64,000 bases of DNA from NCBI GenBank assembly GCA_002269645.1, contig NIVC01000195.1, positions 124,001 to 188,000 of the forward strand, in the 5' to 3' direction. Origin of the DNA: Macrostomum lignano (lineage: Eukaryota). Positions 44,455 through 57,454 of the stretch are shown one piece after another (positions within the stretch are counted from its first letter, which is position 1; each line of letters opens with the position of its first letter). The position numbers were made by a program, and so were the translations under genes. A model generated the notes under the pieces. It searched no databases. It was not told the DNA's origin and worked only from the letters and a program-made list of their open reading frames with translations.

Positions 44455-45297
44455 CTGCACATCCCAGTTGAGCGCCAGCGGGCTGAGCGATACGCCGTCG
44501 GAGCTGTTGAAGAAGCCGACGCCCTCGGCGATGAGCCGGCTGGAGCTCCAGACGCTGATGCCGCTGGGGTCCAGCACCCTTCTGGCGGCTTCATTCAGCC
44601 GGTTGATGAGGCCGTTGGAGGCGTAGCGGCTGGCGTTGACGGCCAGCTCGTCCACCGGGTCCTGGAGCTTCCACAGCAGCTTGCTGCGATCGCGCAGGGC
44701 CACCAGCTGCGGCAAAGCGGCGCTCAGATTGGCGCCAAACTGGCGCACAAGCGAGTCCAGCATGCTGGCATTGGCAGCCTGGTAGAGGCCGTGGCCGAGC
44801 ACCACCAGCTGGGGCGGGGCGCGGTTCAGAGCCGCCAGGAAGCTGCGCAGATCGGCGTCGGTTCGCGGGTAGCGCTTGAACACGGCGCGCAGCTTGGTTG
44901 GCGCCGACTGCAGCTCCGTACGCTGCGGCCCGGCCGGGGAGCCGCTGAGCAGTTCGACAAAGGCCGAGAACAGCGCGCGCATGCGAGAGTCGCCGACAAA
45001 GTAGATGGAGTTCTGGCCGCCCCAGTAGGCGATGTAATTCAGGCACATGCTCAGGTCCTGCCGGGAGTATTTGTGCGCCATGCAGCCGGACGGTTGCCAG
45101 GTGCTGTAGCCCTGGAAACGGCCCTCGGACAGCAGCCACTTGCAGGTGTCACCGCCGGACTTGAGCAGCAGGACGCCGTGGTAGGCGGAGAAGCAGACCA
45201 TCAGCAGCAGCGCCAGGCGCTTGGCATTTTCCACATTGACGATCTGCGAGATCTCCTTGGTGGCCAGGGAGTTGAACCGCTGACTGCTGAGCTCCAT
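44455..45297 (-). CDS. CASD1: CASD1 exon 1 (signal anchor + SGNH-like domain); whole protein 800 aa
   Basis: CKWLLSEGRF...WQPSGCM.HKY, FVGDSRMR, W.LQDPV. ATG 4 nt after a CCGCAG acceptor; GTCGGG donor. Exon sum 2403 nt. Confidence 0.92.
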
Positions 45298-46222
45298 TTG
45301 TCTGCGGCCACTAGTGAGGGATCCAAGCCTGCGGGCAACCCATTGGTGTCCAATTAGCAATGAGGAAAAATACTGCAAATATCTGAGCCTAATTCGATGG
45401 CAAAGCTTTCATTTAAAGCAAAGTAGACGTGTTCAAAGTGCGCAACTATTGTCAATAAAAACTTTGAGCTATCTGGAATCTAGATAGTCAGCAGATCTTA
45501 AGAAGCAAAATATACTTGTTTTGTAAATAACTAAAAATTAAGCTTAAAACTAATAGTTGTTTGGTAGTATTTCTTATAGACAAAAGCTCAAGGTAGATTT
45601 TGACTTGCTTAATATTGTGCAATATTAATGAGAGATAAACTTAATATAATACTTGATGCAATTACATTGATTATTCTGTTTGAAAATTATTTGTTAATAA
45701 AGCTAACAACTCACAATAGTCAATGACAATAGTTTTTTTCTAGCTGAAATTAAACTCAAGCTATGCTAAGTACCTTTTTAGTCAGCTACTTAATCATTTT
45801 TTACTGCTAAATACCTATACCTAGGGCTATTTTTATTGTAGTTGAATCTAAATGCACTTAAACAAAGATACTCATAACAACATAAGTATACTAAGGTAGC
45901 ATATATATTAATTGATATGCCATACAAGAAATTTACATTTTGTATAAAGTCAATTAGCCATTTCATGTATAATGCTTTGTATACTAATACAAAAGTATTA
46001 AAGATAATATATGTATATTGTACCCTATTTTAGGGTTAAGATACCCTTCTGTCTACCTGTTTATCTCCTCCCAAAAATCTTAGATCTACTACTTAATACA
46101 ACTAAAACTTTTTAGGGGGGATAAATATAAGTATTTTGTTTTTTATAATGTATATAAGCTATAAACTTGGCAAAGGTATATAAAAATGGTATATAGAATC
46201 AAAAAAGCTATTATTATTTATT

Positions 46223-46679
46223 GGCAGTTGTTATTTGTCCGGTGTCCAGACAAATAGCCTTTTTGATATTTGTCCGGTTAAATTGCTAACGCAAATATCT
46301 TATTTGTTTCATAATGAATATTCTAGATTTTTAAGACCTTTTCTCATATACTGATTAATATTTTCTTGTATTACTTGAGTATAAGCAACAAAGCAATGTA
46401 GGGCCTATTCAATTTGGCATAATTTGGTGTATAAGACACACATTAGTATGACAATATAATAATCAAGACACGAGTAAGAAGTCTTTGAAGTCTAGGAATA
46501 TTTACCCTTGTGGTTTTTATAAACTAGATATTTTAGCATTATCAATTTAACCGGACAAATAACAAAATGTCTATTTATCTGGTATTAACCGAATTAATTG
46601 GAAAGCATGGTCAGGATCCAGTAACCAGACAAATAACCACATCGCTATTTGTCCAGTCACTAGACAAATAACAACTGCC
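46223..46679. mobile_element. 457-bp MULE/Mutator-like MITE
   Basis: ~36-bp imperfect TIR GGCAGTTGTTATTTGTC... plus inner inverted block ATTTGTCCGGTTAAATTG. 9-bp TSD TTATTTATT (46214-46222, 46680-46688). Confidence 0.8.
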
Positions 46680-49184
46680 TTATTTATTCAACTTAGTTTT
46701 TTGTACTTGCTAGGCTTAAATATTTTTAAAAATGTTTTAGCTTAATTTATATTCCTAAATACTTTTTTTAATTTTTTTAAAGACAACTTTGTCAATTTAA
46801 TTATTTTCAAAAAAATGAAACAATAATTTTTTTCTCAATAGGATTTGTTATGTTAGGGGTGTATTTTAGTTTTCACTAAATAGTTTAATGCTTTAAGTGT
46901 TTTGATTTTAAAGCTAATATATTTTTATATTTTTGTCTTTTTTGGAAAGTTTTAGGTCAATCAATATAGCTAAAAATGTGCATACAGTGAGTTTAATGAA
47001 CGATCTTGCAGGATAGCCAAAACATATTTAATGATGCTTCTATTCTATAAAGTTGTTTAACTTTAGATTATTCCTAACTTTTAATTGGCTTGCTGAGTAG
47101 TAGGCCTATGCAAGGACAAACCTTGCATGCATGTTTCTAGTCATTGATAGGAAAACAGTAGGCCTACCATTAGTTTAATTTTAGGATTGAAAATAAAAAA
47201 ACCTAGCATAATAATAATTACAAAATGCTGCCATTGCCATAGTCAGTCATATTAGAATCCCTAACCTATACTAAAGGCTTTTCTTATCTGGATTGGACTT
47301 CGATACCAATGGCAATAAGTATCACTACTAGAGTAATACTATTTATTTTAAAGACCGACCGACTCTCTTCGGTCGAGAATAACAATGATGAGAATTCAAT
47401 ATTCAGACTCCGTTCTGTTCTTGAAATTAGATCGGATCCATTGAATCAACACGCAACAAATTTTAACAAAACATCTATAAATTATATTGTTTTAGGCTGG
47501 ATTGAACTGACAGAGAGAAAGACCAGACAAAAAATATGTGGATAAATAGTACGCATACGGTTATGAAGTGTACTCTCGTAGCTGACATCTTTTCTGGCTG
47601 GAAATTTCTAGAATGTCTATTTTTAGAATATGTTGCATTGTCCTAGACTGGAGAAAATATAGGACATGGGATGGCTTTTATAGTTTTATTTATATATCAC
47701 ACCCCCTAGTGATGCTACTCTGGACACGATAGCCATATTATTTGAAATCAGAGCTTCATTTGTTCAATGTTCAAATGTTTAAAGTCATCATAAGCTGCAG
47801 GTAACTATAGAGAGCTTTGAAGGATGGTGTTTGCGAAGGGTGGTGTGATTTTGATTCTATTATCAATTCTGATTCCAGAGTCAAATCATTTTTGGGAAGT
47901 CATTTAACCTTAACCAAATCATTTAACCTAAATTTAGAGGCCTATCTGTACAATTGCTATTTCACGAATTGAAACCAAAGACTACTGAGCACTTTGTTAT
48001 AGTCTAGTCTATAGTCTAGAATATAGTCCTTGATTAAAACTTTCTAGAAGATATAGCGAAACATCGACATGTCACATGTGTAGACATATGCAGTGACTTG
48101 AAACATGAATTTAAAGTAATATAATACCGAAGTTGGTTCTTTTCGGATGATTCTATAGTTCTGGAATCGCGTCGTCGTGAAAACAATCTGAGAGAGAAAA
48201 CATAAGTGTGCTCTTTTGTCGTTTTTTCCTTTGTCATTTTTATTACAAGTTGTATAGTAGCTCGTACGTTGTCTCTGTTCTCAGCTCTCTCCGTTGGCCG
48301 TTAGTTCTCACCCTAACCTACGACGTATTCCGCCAACGTGCCTATTCAAATTTAGTGGGCTGCTGCCGTTATTTTCTGCTCATGGGGGTTTCGGTCTTGC
48401 GTTTGTAAACGGTCGTCCAGAGTTTCGCGATGATCTGCTGTGCAATATTTAAACGGCCTTGATGGCCTGCACGATCGTTATGTGAATTCAATACGAGCCT
48501 ATATATTTTATAATTGTTTAGTCAAAAATTAGTGAATTAATGCGCTGGAAGACGCATTCGCCATGGGTCGAATAATCGACCTATGACTTGACTGACTTGA
48601 CTTGACTGTCACAATTCACGTGCTCACGTCTCCCTGAAGTCTAACATAATCTGGGGGTTTACTGTCTGTAGACATCACCAGTCTGACCAAGTTGTTTCAA
48701 TAAGATATACTTTAGACTGATGATAGCTGAGTTATCTTTTAGTGAAACTGTAGACCAATGCTGCATCAGATAAGCATTACATTCGACATTACTAAAGTAC
48801 AACGGCGACTCGAAATCAACACGGGCTCCGCCTCAATTCTCAGTCTGAAATCAATTAAAGCCCGCATCCAGCCGTGACTTCCCCCTAAGCTGCTGTTCAA
48901 CCCTCAGTGTTTTTTGCATCCCCTTTGTGTTCGCCGTACATTTAAAATTCATTCTATACAGTCGCACACGCAAGATTGGCTTTAGCAATAATATGATTTG
49001 CCTGCTGCTGCGCGGCCCGAGATGCTTTGTGTCAACTGTGATCGATGAATCCATTTTAGCTAATATTGTAATGCTTTAATAAAGCTGATTCGTTTGAAAT
49101 GCAAATATAAATTTTTAATAGTAAAGCCTTCACACGCCCCTGCTGTGACTTCGCACCTCCTGAAGTCTGCGTCATTTTCTTAGC

Positions 49185-49672
49185 ACTCAGTAATGGGTGG
49201 GGAAGCACTCAGTAATGGGTGGGGAAGCACTCAGCAGTAAGGGGTGGGAAGCACACAGTAAGGGGTGGGGAAGCACTCAGTAATGGGTGGGGAAGCACTC
49301 AGTAAGGGGTGGGGAAGCACTCAGTAAGGGGTGGGAAAGCACTCAGTAAGGGGTTGGAAAGCACTCAGTAAGAGGTAGGAAAGCACTCAGTAAGGGATGG
49401 GGAAGCACTCAGTAATGGTGGGGAAGCACTCAGTAATGGGTGGGGAAGCACTCAGTAAGGGGTGGGGAAGCACTCAGTAATGGGTGGGGAAGCACTCAGT
49501 AAGAGGTAGGAAAGCACTCAGTAAGGGATGGGGAAGCACTCAGTAATGGGTGGGGAAGCACTCAGTAATGGGTGGGGAAGCACTCAGTAATGGTGGGGAA
49601 GCACTCAGTAATGGTGGGGAAGCACTCAGTAATGGTGGGGAAGCACTCAGTAAGGGATGAAAAGCACTCAGT
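49185..49672. repeat. 22-bp minisatellite, ~22 copies
   Basis: Unit AAGCACTCAGTAATGGGTGGGG. Confidence 0.93.
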
Positions 49673-50164
49673 ACAGGATCAGAGCACTAAGGGATTGAAC
49701 ATTCAATAGGAAATGATGAGAAGAGCCCGAAGTTTGATTTCTTTATCCCGTCAGTCTGAGGCTGGCCTGCATTTCCGCACCAAATAGAGAAGACAGCCGA
49801 AGTGCATTTCATTAAAATGCTCAGCTTTCTGCGACTGGCGCCTCAGCTGCTCTTTTTGCTTGGTTAGCTCAGTTCATATTTACAGTTTAAGAGGCTCCGG
49901 GAGGCAAAACTGGGGCACGGGATCGATCCCGATAGAGGCCAGAGTCTCCGCATCCATATCCGTTCTTCCTTTAATTAATGAGCCTCTCGACTCGCACCTG
50001 CACGCAGGAGCTTCGCTTTGTTGAGGCCTCGGCAGCGCTAATTGCTAGGGGGCTCAGCCAGTTCAGCTGCCGCTCGGTCACGTACGGCGGGTGAGTGTCG
50101 TCTCATGTGGCCGCCTTGCGGCAGTCACTCGCAACAGGTGTCATCTGTTTGCGTTATGGGCCGT

Positions 50165-51110
50165 TGTCTGATATCTGTAGACTGCTGTCTGATATCTGTA
50201 GACTGTTGTCTGATATCTATATACTGTTGTCTGATATCTATAGATTGTTGTCTGCTATCTATAGATTGTTTTCTGATATCTATAGACTGCTGTCTGATAT
50301 CTATAGGCTGTTGTCTGATATCTATATACTGTTGTCCGATATCTATAGACTGCTGTCTGATATCTATAGGCTGTTGTCTGATATCTATATACTGTTGTCT
50401 GATATCTATAGATTGTTGTCTGCTATCTATAGATTGTTTTCTGATATCTATAGACTGCTGTCTGATATCTATAGGCTGTTGTCTGATATCTATATACTGT
50501 TGTCCGATATCTATAGACTGCTGTTTGATATCTATATACTGTTGTCTGGTGTATCTATAGACCGTTGTCTGATATCTATTGATTGTTTTCTGATATCTAT
50601 AGATTGTTGTCTGATATCTACAGACTGTTGTCTGATATCTATAGGCTGTTATCTGATATCTATAGACTGCTGTCTGATATCTATAGATTGTTGTCTGGTA
50701 TCTATAGACCGTTGTCTGGTATCTATAGATTGTTGTCTGATATCTATAGATTGTTTTCTGATATCTATAGATTGTTTTCTGATATCTATGGACTGTTGTC
50801 TGATATCTATAGACTGTTGTCTTATATCTATAGATTGTTTTCTGATATTTATAGACTGTTGTCTGATATCTATAGGCTGTTATCTGATATCTATAGACTG
50901 TTGTCTGATTATCTATAGACTGTTGTCTGATATCTATAGATTGTTTTCTGATATCTATAGATTGTTTTCTGATATCTATAGATTGTTTTCTGATATCTAT
51001 AGATTGTTTTCTGATATCTATAGATTGTTTTCTGATATCTATAGATTGTTTTCTGATATATATATACTGTTTTCCGATATCTATACACTGTTGTCTGATA
51101 TCAATAGACC
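50165..51110. repeat. 21-bp minisatellite, ~45 copies
   Basis: Unit TGTCTGATATCTATAGACTGT. Confidence 0.95.
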
Positions 51111-51999
51111 GTTACCTGATGTCTTTAGACAATTGGGACATCTAGCTATATAAGTATTTATGCAATATGTACATAAAAGACAAAGCAATAGGATTGCCCA
51201 GATTTGCAATCTATTAGACTAGCAATCCAATATATAATTAATAAGCTGGACCATCAACACACACTGAATCACGCTCCGGTTTGGAAAATCGCAGCTGGCT
51301 AAAAAATCAAAGCCGGAGGCACGTGAGAGGCCGCAGGTTCAAGTGTCCTTTCAAATTTCTGCATGCAAATCAACTGCAGCCAGCCGTCTCTCAGCCGCTT
51401 CACTGCTCGCACAATCTGGGGTTACCATGGCAACAAAACACTTTCCCTCTTCTGCCGAGATCGAAGGGCAGAAGCTGGAGGCCGCCCAGAATGAAAGCCG
51501 GGAGGACGGCTCGCAATTGGCGCAGCTGCACTTTGTGTGAGCGACTCCGTGGCGACTAACAGGAAGAGGCCACTCAGGCTGCCTCTGTCTCTGCTGCAGC
51601 CTCACCCCCTTCCTCTGCCCCATCACCCCCCTGCCCGGCTTCCCAGCCTCCATTGGCCCGGCAACAGACAGGGCGCCCTCTCCAAGCGGGTTAAATGCCT
51701 GCTGGTCGCCTCAGCAGCCTGGCCAGCCTCCCAAGTCTCCCTCCGGCTTCTCTACCTCGATGCCATCGGGAGGGCACCGCGGCCGCAGCCAAAGCCGCCG
51801 AACCCGCGGCAGCTGCCTGTCCCGGCGATGCTGCTGCTGCGGGGCCGACGGGGAGTCCGACAGCGGCCGGAGCAGCAGCGAGGGGGACGAACACAGCGGC
51901 GGAGGCTCCGGCCTCGATTGCGTTGAGGATGTCGAAAGATCCGCGTCAGTGAGACTGCTCTGCGCCTCCGAGCGGCTGCTGCGGCAGTCCGATGACAAG

Positions 52000-54040
52000 T
52001 ATGGATTGCTAGTCTATCCTGTGGTGTGGATTGCTAGTCTATCCTGTAGTATGGATTGCTAGTCTATCCTGTGGTGTGGATTGCTAGTCTATCCTGTGGT
52101 GTGGATTGCTAGTCTATCCTGTAGTATGGATTGCTAGTCTATCCTGTAGTATGGATTGCTAGTCTATCCTGTAGTATGGATTGCTAGTCTATCCTGTAGT
52201 ATGGATTGCTAGTCTATCCTGTGGTGTGGATTGCTAGTCTATCCTGTGGTTTGGATTGCTAGTCTATCCTGTGGTGTGGATTGCTAGTCTATTCTGTGGT
52301 GTGGATTGCTAGTCTATCCTGTGGTGTGGATTGCTAGTCTATCCTGTAGTATGGATTGCTAGTCTATCCTGTAGTATGGATTGCTAGTCTATCCTGTGGT
52401 GTGGATTGCTAGTCTATCCTGTAGTATGGATTGCTAGTCTATCCTGTAGTATGGATTGCTAGTCTATCCTGTGGTGTGGATTGCTAGTCTATCCTGTAGT
52501 ATGGATTGCTAGTCTATCCTGTAGTATGGCTTGCTAGTCTATCCTGTGGTGTGGATTGCTAGTCTATCCTGTAGTATGGATTGCTAGTCTATCCTGTGGT
52601 GTGGATTGCTAGTCTATCCTGTGGTTTGGATTGCTAGTCTATCCTGTGGTGTGGATTGCTAGTCTATTCTGTGGTGTGGATTGCTAGTCTATCCTGTGGT
52701 GTGGATTGCTAGTCTATCCTGTAGTATGGATTGCTAGTCTATCCTGTAGTATGGATTGCTAGTCTATCCTGTGGTGTGGATTGCTAGTCTATCCTGTAGT
52801 ATGGATTGCTAGTCTATCCTGTAGTATGGATTGCTAGTCTATCCTGTGGTGTGGATTGCTAGTCTATCCTGTAGTATGGATTGCTAGTCTATCCTGTAGT
52901 ATGGCTTGCTAGTCTATCCTGTGGTGTGGATTGCTAGTCTATCCTGTGGTGTGGATTGCTAGTCTATCCTGTAGTATGGATTGCTAGTCTATCCTGTAGT
53001 ATGGATTGCTAGTCTATCCTGCGGTATGGATTGCTAGTCTATCCTGTAGTATGGATTGCTAGTCTATCCTGTGGTGTGGATTGCTAGTCTATCCTGTAGT
53101 ATGGATTGCTAGTCTATCCTGTAGTATGGATTGCTAGTCTATCCTGCAGTATGGATTGCTAGTCTATCCTGTAGTATGGATTGCTAGTCTATCCTGTAGT
53201 ATGGATTGCTAGTCTATCCTGTAGTATGGATTGCTAGTCTATCCTGTAGTATGGATTGCTAGTCTATCCTGTAGTATGGATTGCTAGTCTATCCTGCGGT
53301 ATGGATTGCTAGTCTATCCTGTAGTATGGATTGCTAGTCTATCCTGTAGTATGGATTGCTAGTCTATCCTGTAGTATGGATTGCTAGTCTATCCTGTAGT
53401 ATGGATTGCTAGTCTATCCTGCGGTATGGATTGCTAGTCTATCCTGTAGTATGGATTGCTAGTCTATCCTGTGGTGTGGATTGCTAGTCTATCCTGTAGT
53501 ATGGATTGCTAGTCTATCCTGTAGTATGGATTGCTAGTCTATCCTGCAGTATGGATTGCTAGTCTATCCTGTAGTATGGATTGCTAGTCTATCCTGTAGT
53601 ATGGATTGCTAGTCTATCCTGTAGTATGGATTGCTAGTCTATCCTGTAGTATGGATTGCTAGTCTATCCTGTAGTATGGATTGCTAGTCTATCCTGTAGT
53701 ATGGATTGCTAGTCTATCCTGTAGTATGGATTGCTAGTCTATCCTGTGGTGTGGATTGCTAGTCTATCCTGTAGTGTGGATTGCTAGTCTATCCTGTAGT
53801 ATGGATTGCTAGTCTATCCTGTAGTATGGATTGCTAGTCTATCCTGTAGTATGGATTGCTAGTCTATCCTGTAGTATGGATTGCTAGTCTATCCTGTAGT
53901 ATGGATTGCTAGTCTATCCTGTGGTGTGGATTGCTAGTCTATCCTGTAGTATGGATTGCTAGTCTATCCTGTAGTATGGATTGCTAGTCTATCCTGTAGT
54001 ATGGATTGCTAGTCTAACCTGTGTTGTGGATTGCTAGTCT
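52000..54040. repeat. 25-bp minisatellite, ~80 copies
   Basis: Unit GGATTGCTAGTCTATCCTGTRGTRT. Confidence 0.97.
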
Positions 54041-54569
54041 ATGTTCCGTTGGTATCGCTGATTGATGCAGGTAGCAAATCGTGAGCTGGATTCAAGTTTT
54101 TTAGGATTGAATGGGAAAATGGGAACTGCAACCCCTTGAATGCCAATTTCCCTCTCTGATTTTCAATCTTCGATTCGTCCCTCGATCCCAATTTGCAGCT
54201 CCTAGCAGCAGCTCGTTGTGAATTTTTAATTTCCGCCAACATTTTCCTCGCTGTAGATGAGGCTTCCTGTGCCCTGCGAGGCTGCGTCTCAGGTGCTCCG
54301 GCCCCAACCAACCCGCATCTTTCAGAATTTCTGCCAGCTTCATTGAATCCCGCGGCGACCCTCCGTCCGGATGTGGCCCGGACTGCCCGGCTCGCCAGCA
54401 CCCGATAGTCGCTGATGAAGCACCGGAGACTGCAGCCTCCGACGAGCCTGACAAGCTGGGTCGCCTGTACACCAGGGGCCGGCGGCAGCGGCCAAGCGCC
54501 GGCGGGTTCTGGTGGCCTTCAAGACAGTCTGCGACCGAGGGACCAGCACCGGTGTGCGACAGGTGAGCA

Positions 54570-55247
54570 GTGTCAGACACTCATACCTGACACGGCTGAT
54601 AGTGTCAGGCACTGATACCTGACACGGCTGATAGTGTCAGGCACTGATATCTGACACGGCTGATAGTGTCAGGCACTGATATCTGACACGGCTGATAGTG
54701 TCAGGCACTGATATCTGACACGGCTGATAGCGTCAGGCACTGATATCTGACACGGCTGATAGTGTCAGGCACTGATATCTGACACGGCTGATAGTGTCAG
54801 GCAAAGATACCTGACACGGCTGACAGTGTCAGGCACCGATAACTGACACGGCTGACAGGGTAAGGCACTGATATCTGACACGGCTGATAGTGTCAGACAC
54901 TGATATCTGACACGGCTGATAGTGTCAGACACTGAAATCTGACACGGTTGATAGTGTCAGCTGACACCGATACCTGACATGGCTGATAGTGTCAGGCACT
55001 GATATCTGAAACGGCTGATAGTGTCAGGCACTGATATCTGAAACGGCTGATAGTGTCAGGCACTGATATCTGAAACGGCTGATAGTGTCAGGCACTGATA
55101 CCTGACACGGCTGATAGTGTCAGGCACTGATATCTGAATCGGCTGATAGTGTCAGGCACTGATACCTGACACGGCTGATAGTGTCAGGCACTGATATCTG
55201 AATCGGCTGATAGTGTCACGCACTGATACCTGACACGGCTGATAGTG
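54570..55247. repeat. 32-bp hairpin-containing minisatellite, ~21 copies
   Basis: Unit TGATATCTGACACGGCTGATAGTGTCAGGCAC with internal inverted pair CTGACAC/GTGTCAG. Confidence 0.95.
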
Positions 55248-56009
55248 ACGGCTAACATCGCAGGAAGGTTCAGCCAGTTTCTTCCATCAACTCAGTCTGA
55301 GCTCATCTTGCGCAGCTGATTGGGCAATCAAGAGCTTTACTTAATTTCTGTCCCCAATTTGACAGAATCTGCAGCTCTGGCAGCAGATGTACTTGTGTGC
55401 TTGTGAGCCTGCAGGGTCCCTCTGTGCAGCTCAGAGGCATCGATCAGCCGCCCTGATCAGCCGGAGCGCTGCCAGCAGGAAAAGACTGCGTCAGCGCCCC
55501 TTCCTGTGCCAACTGCAGAGTGCTAAGAATAACTCAGCTGAGCTCCCAGCCTCCCTATTGATGAAGATAAGGAGAGAAAGAGACGGAGGAGCATCCGACT
55601 GAGCACGCGCCAAAAATGAGGGGTGTGCGCGTCTATGGGAGAAGGAATTTTATTGCCCTCAAATCGTAAAAACTGGATTGTAAACCATTCTGTTATAATA
55701 CTTTACTGTCTATTAAATTTAAAACTGCTTAAAAAAAACCCCGCGCTAACTGCACTACTTTTGGTTAGTAGCCAGCACAGAATATCATCAAAACCTTAAT
55801 AAGCTTTTCTGCATTGCCCATGGACAGCAGCTGCAGCTGCGTCGCCACTCTGACAATGGCGGCGGCGGCGTTGGCGTTGGGGGCTGCAAAATCGCCGCCT
55901 CCTCCCGGCTGGCAACCGGCGGTCTGGCGGCGATGCGGGCGCTGACGGTCAGCCTGCCGAGGGGCCGGGCGTCCGTGCGGTGAGAATTCTCTGGCCTTGA
56001 CTGGCGACT

Positions 56010-56925
56010 GGTGTGGCTCCTGTGTGCTGTCCTGGTGTGGCTCCTGTGTGCTGTCCTGGTGTGGCTCCTGTGTGCTGTCCTGTTGTGGCTCCTGTGTGCT
56101 GTCCTGGTGTGGCTCCTGTGTGCTGTCCTGGTGTGGCTCCTGTGTGCTGTCCTGGTGTGGCTCCTGTGTGCTATCCTGGTGTGGCTCCTGTGTGCTGTCC
56201 TGGTGTGGCTCCTGTGTGCTGTCCTGGTGTGGCTCCTGTGTGCTGTCCTGGTGTGGCTCCTGTATGCTGTCCTGGTGTGGCTCCTGTGTGCTGTCCTGTT
56301 GTGGCTCCTGTGTGCTGTCCTGGTGTGGCTCCTGTGTGCTGTCCTGGTGTGGCTCCTGTGTGCTGTCCTGGTGTGGCTCCTGTGTGCTGTCCTGGTGTGG
56401 CTCCTGTGTGCTGTCCTGGTGTGGCCCCTGTGTGCTGTCCTGGTGTGGCTCCTGTGTGCTGTCCTGGTGTGGCTCCTGTGTGCTGTCCTGGTGTGGCTCC
56501 TGTGTGCTGTCCTGGTGTGGCTCCTGTGTACTGTCCTGGTGTGGCTCCTGTGTGCTGTCCTGGTGTGGCTCCTGTGTGCTGTCCTGGTGTGGCTCCTGTG
56601 TACTGTCCTGGTCATAGGGACCACTGTACATCATTGGGACCGCTGTACACCATTGGGACTGCTGTACATCATTGGGACCGCTGTACATGTACATCATAGG
56701 GACAGCTGCACATCATTGGGACCGCTGTACATCATAGGGACAGCTGCACATCATTGGGACCGCTGTACATCATAGGGACAGCTGCACATCATTGGGACCG
56801 CTGTACATCATAGGGACAGCTGCACATCATTGGGACCGCTGTACATCATTAGGACCGCTGTACATCATTGGCACCGCTGTACACCATAGGGACCGCTGTA
56901 CATCATAGGGACCGCAGTACATCGC
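56010..56925. repeat. Compound array: 24-bp unit (~25 copies) abutting a 19-bp unit (~16 copies)
   Basis: GTCCTGGTGTGGCTCCTGTGTGCT to ~56610, then ACATCATTGGGACCGCTGT. Confidence 0.95.
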
Positions 56926-57454
56926 TGGGCCAACAGCGAACGCAGTTTCCTCTGGATTTTGCTTCTGCAATTTTCCAGCTGAACTTTCGGCTCAGAACCT
57001 CCGCAAGCAGAGCCATGCAGCAGGTGCTTTCGTAAGCAAAAGCAGAGTCTCAAAGTTCACGCGAGCTGGGAAGCCAAACTCAAAGTTTTTGGCATGCAGA
57101 AGCTGCGCGAAAATCCTTTGCCCCTGCTAATTCCTGGAATTAATCCCCCGAAGCTAATCCCGAGGCTCTCCTCAGCTGTCATTGGCTCGAAATATGAGCT
57201 CAGAGCGCGGAGGGAATCGCTTGGGGCTGGCTGGCTGCAATCCCCATAAGAGCGGCTTGGGCTTTCTGCCATCAGCTAAGAGAGAAATAATCATCCAAGA
57301 GGAAATTCTTTTAACTCTGCGGCTCACCACGTTACCATGGAAACGCCGAGCGATGAGTGGCGCAAGCGGCGACACCTGTTGCGCATCTCCAAGTCGGACT
57401 GTTCCACCGTTGCCGCGCGCCGGCCAGCGGGGCCGTCGGGGTGAGCTGCGACCA

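Larger units (their letters stand above)
51427..55620 (+). other. Probable exons of an unidentified spliced gene (GC-rich blocks at ~51427-51536, 51600-51948, 54326-54562, 55425-55620)
   Basis: GC-rich low-complexity open frames ending at GTGAG donors (51537, 51949, 54563), with minisatellites starting shortly after the last two. Reading frame not resolved. Confidence 0.35.

Noticed and set aside
42426-44626. Overlapping alternative-frame and antisense ORFs in CASD1 (also seen in PINCH, vWA, TMEM272)
   Set aside because: Shadow ORFs expected from GC3-rich coding sequence and intronic repeats.
50042-51153. LRR-like or Cys-rich ORFs (LLSDIYR / ISIDCCL)
   Set aside because: Translation of a 21-bp DNA repeat, not an LRR consensus.
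54570-55247. CRISPR array (also considered for 32305-33360 and 37935-39097)
   Set aside because: Units abut with no unique spacers, there are no cas genes, and the context is eukaryotic.
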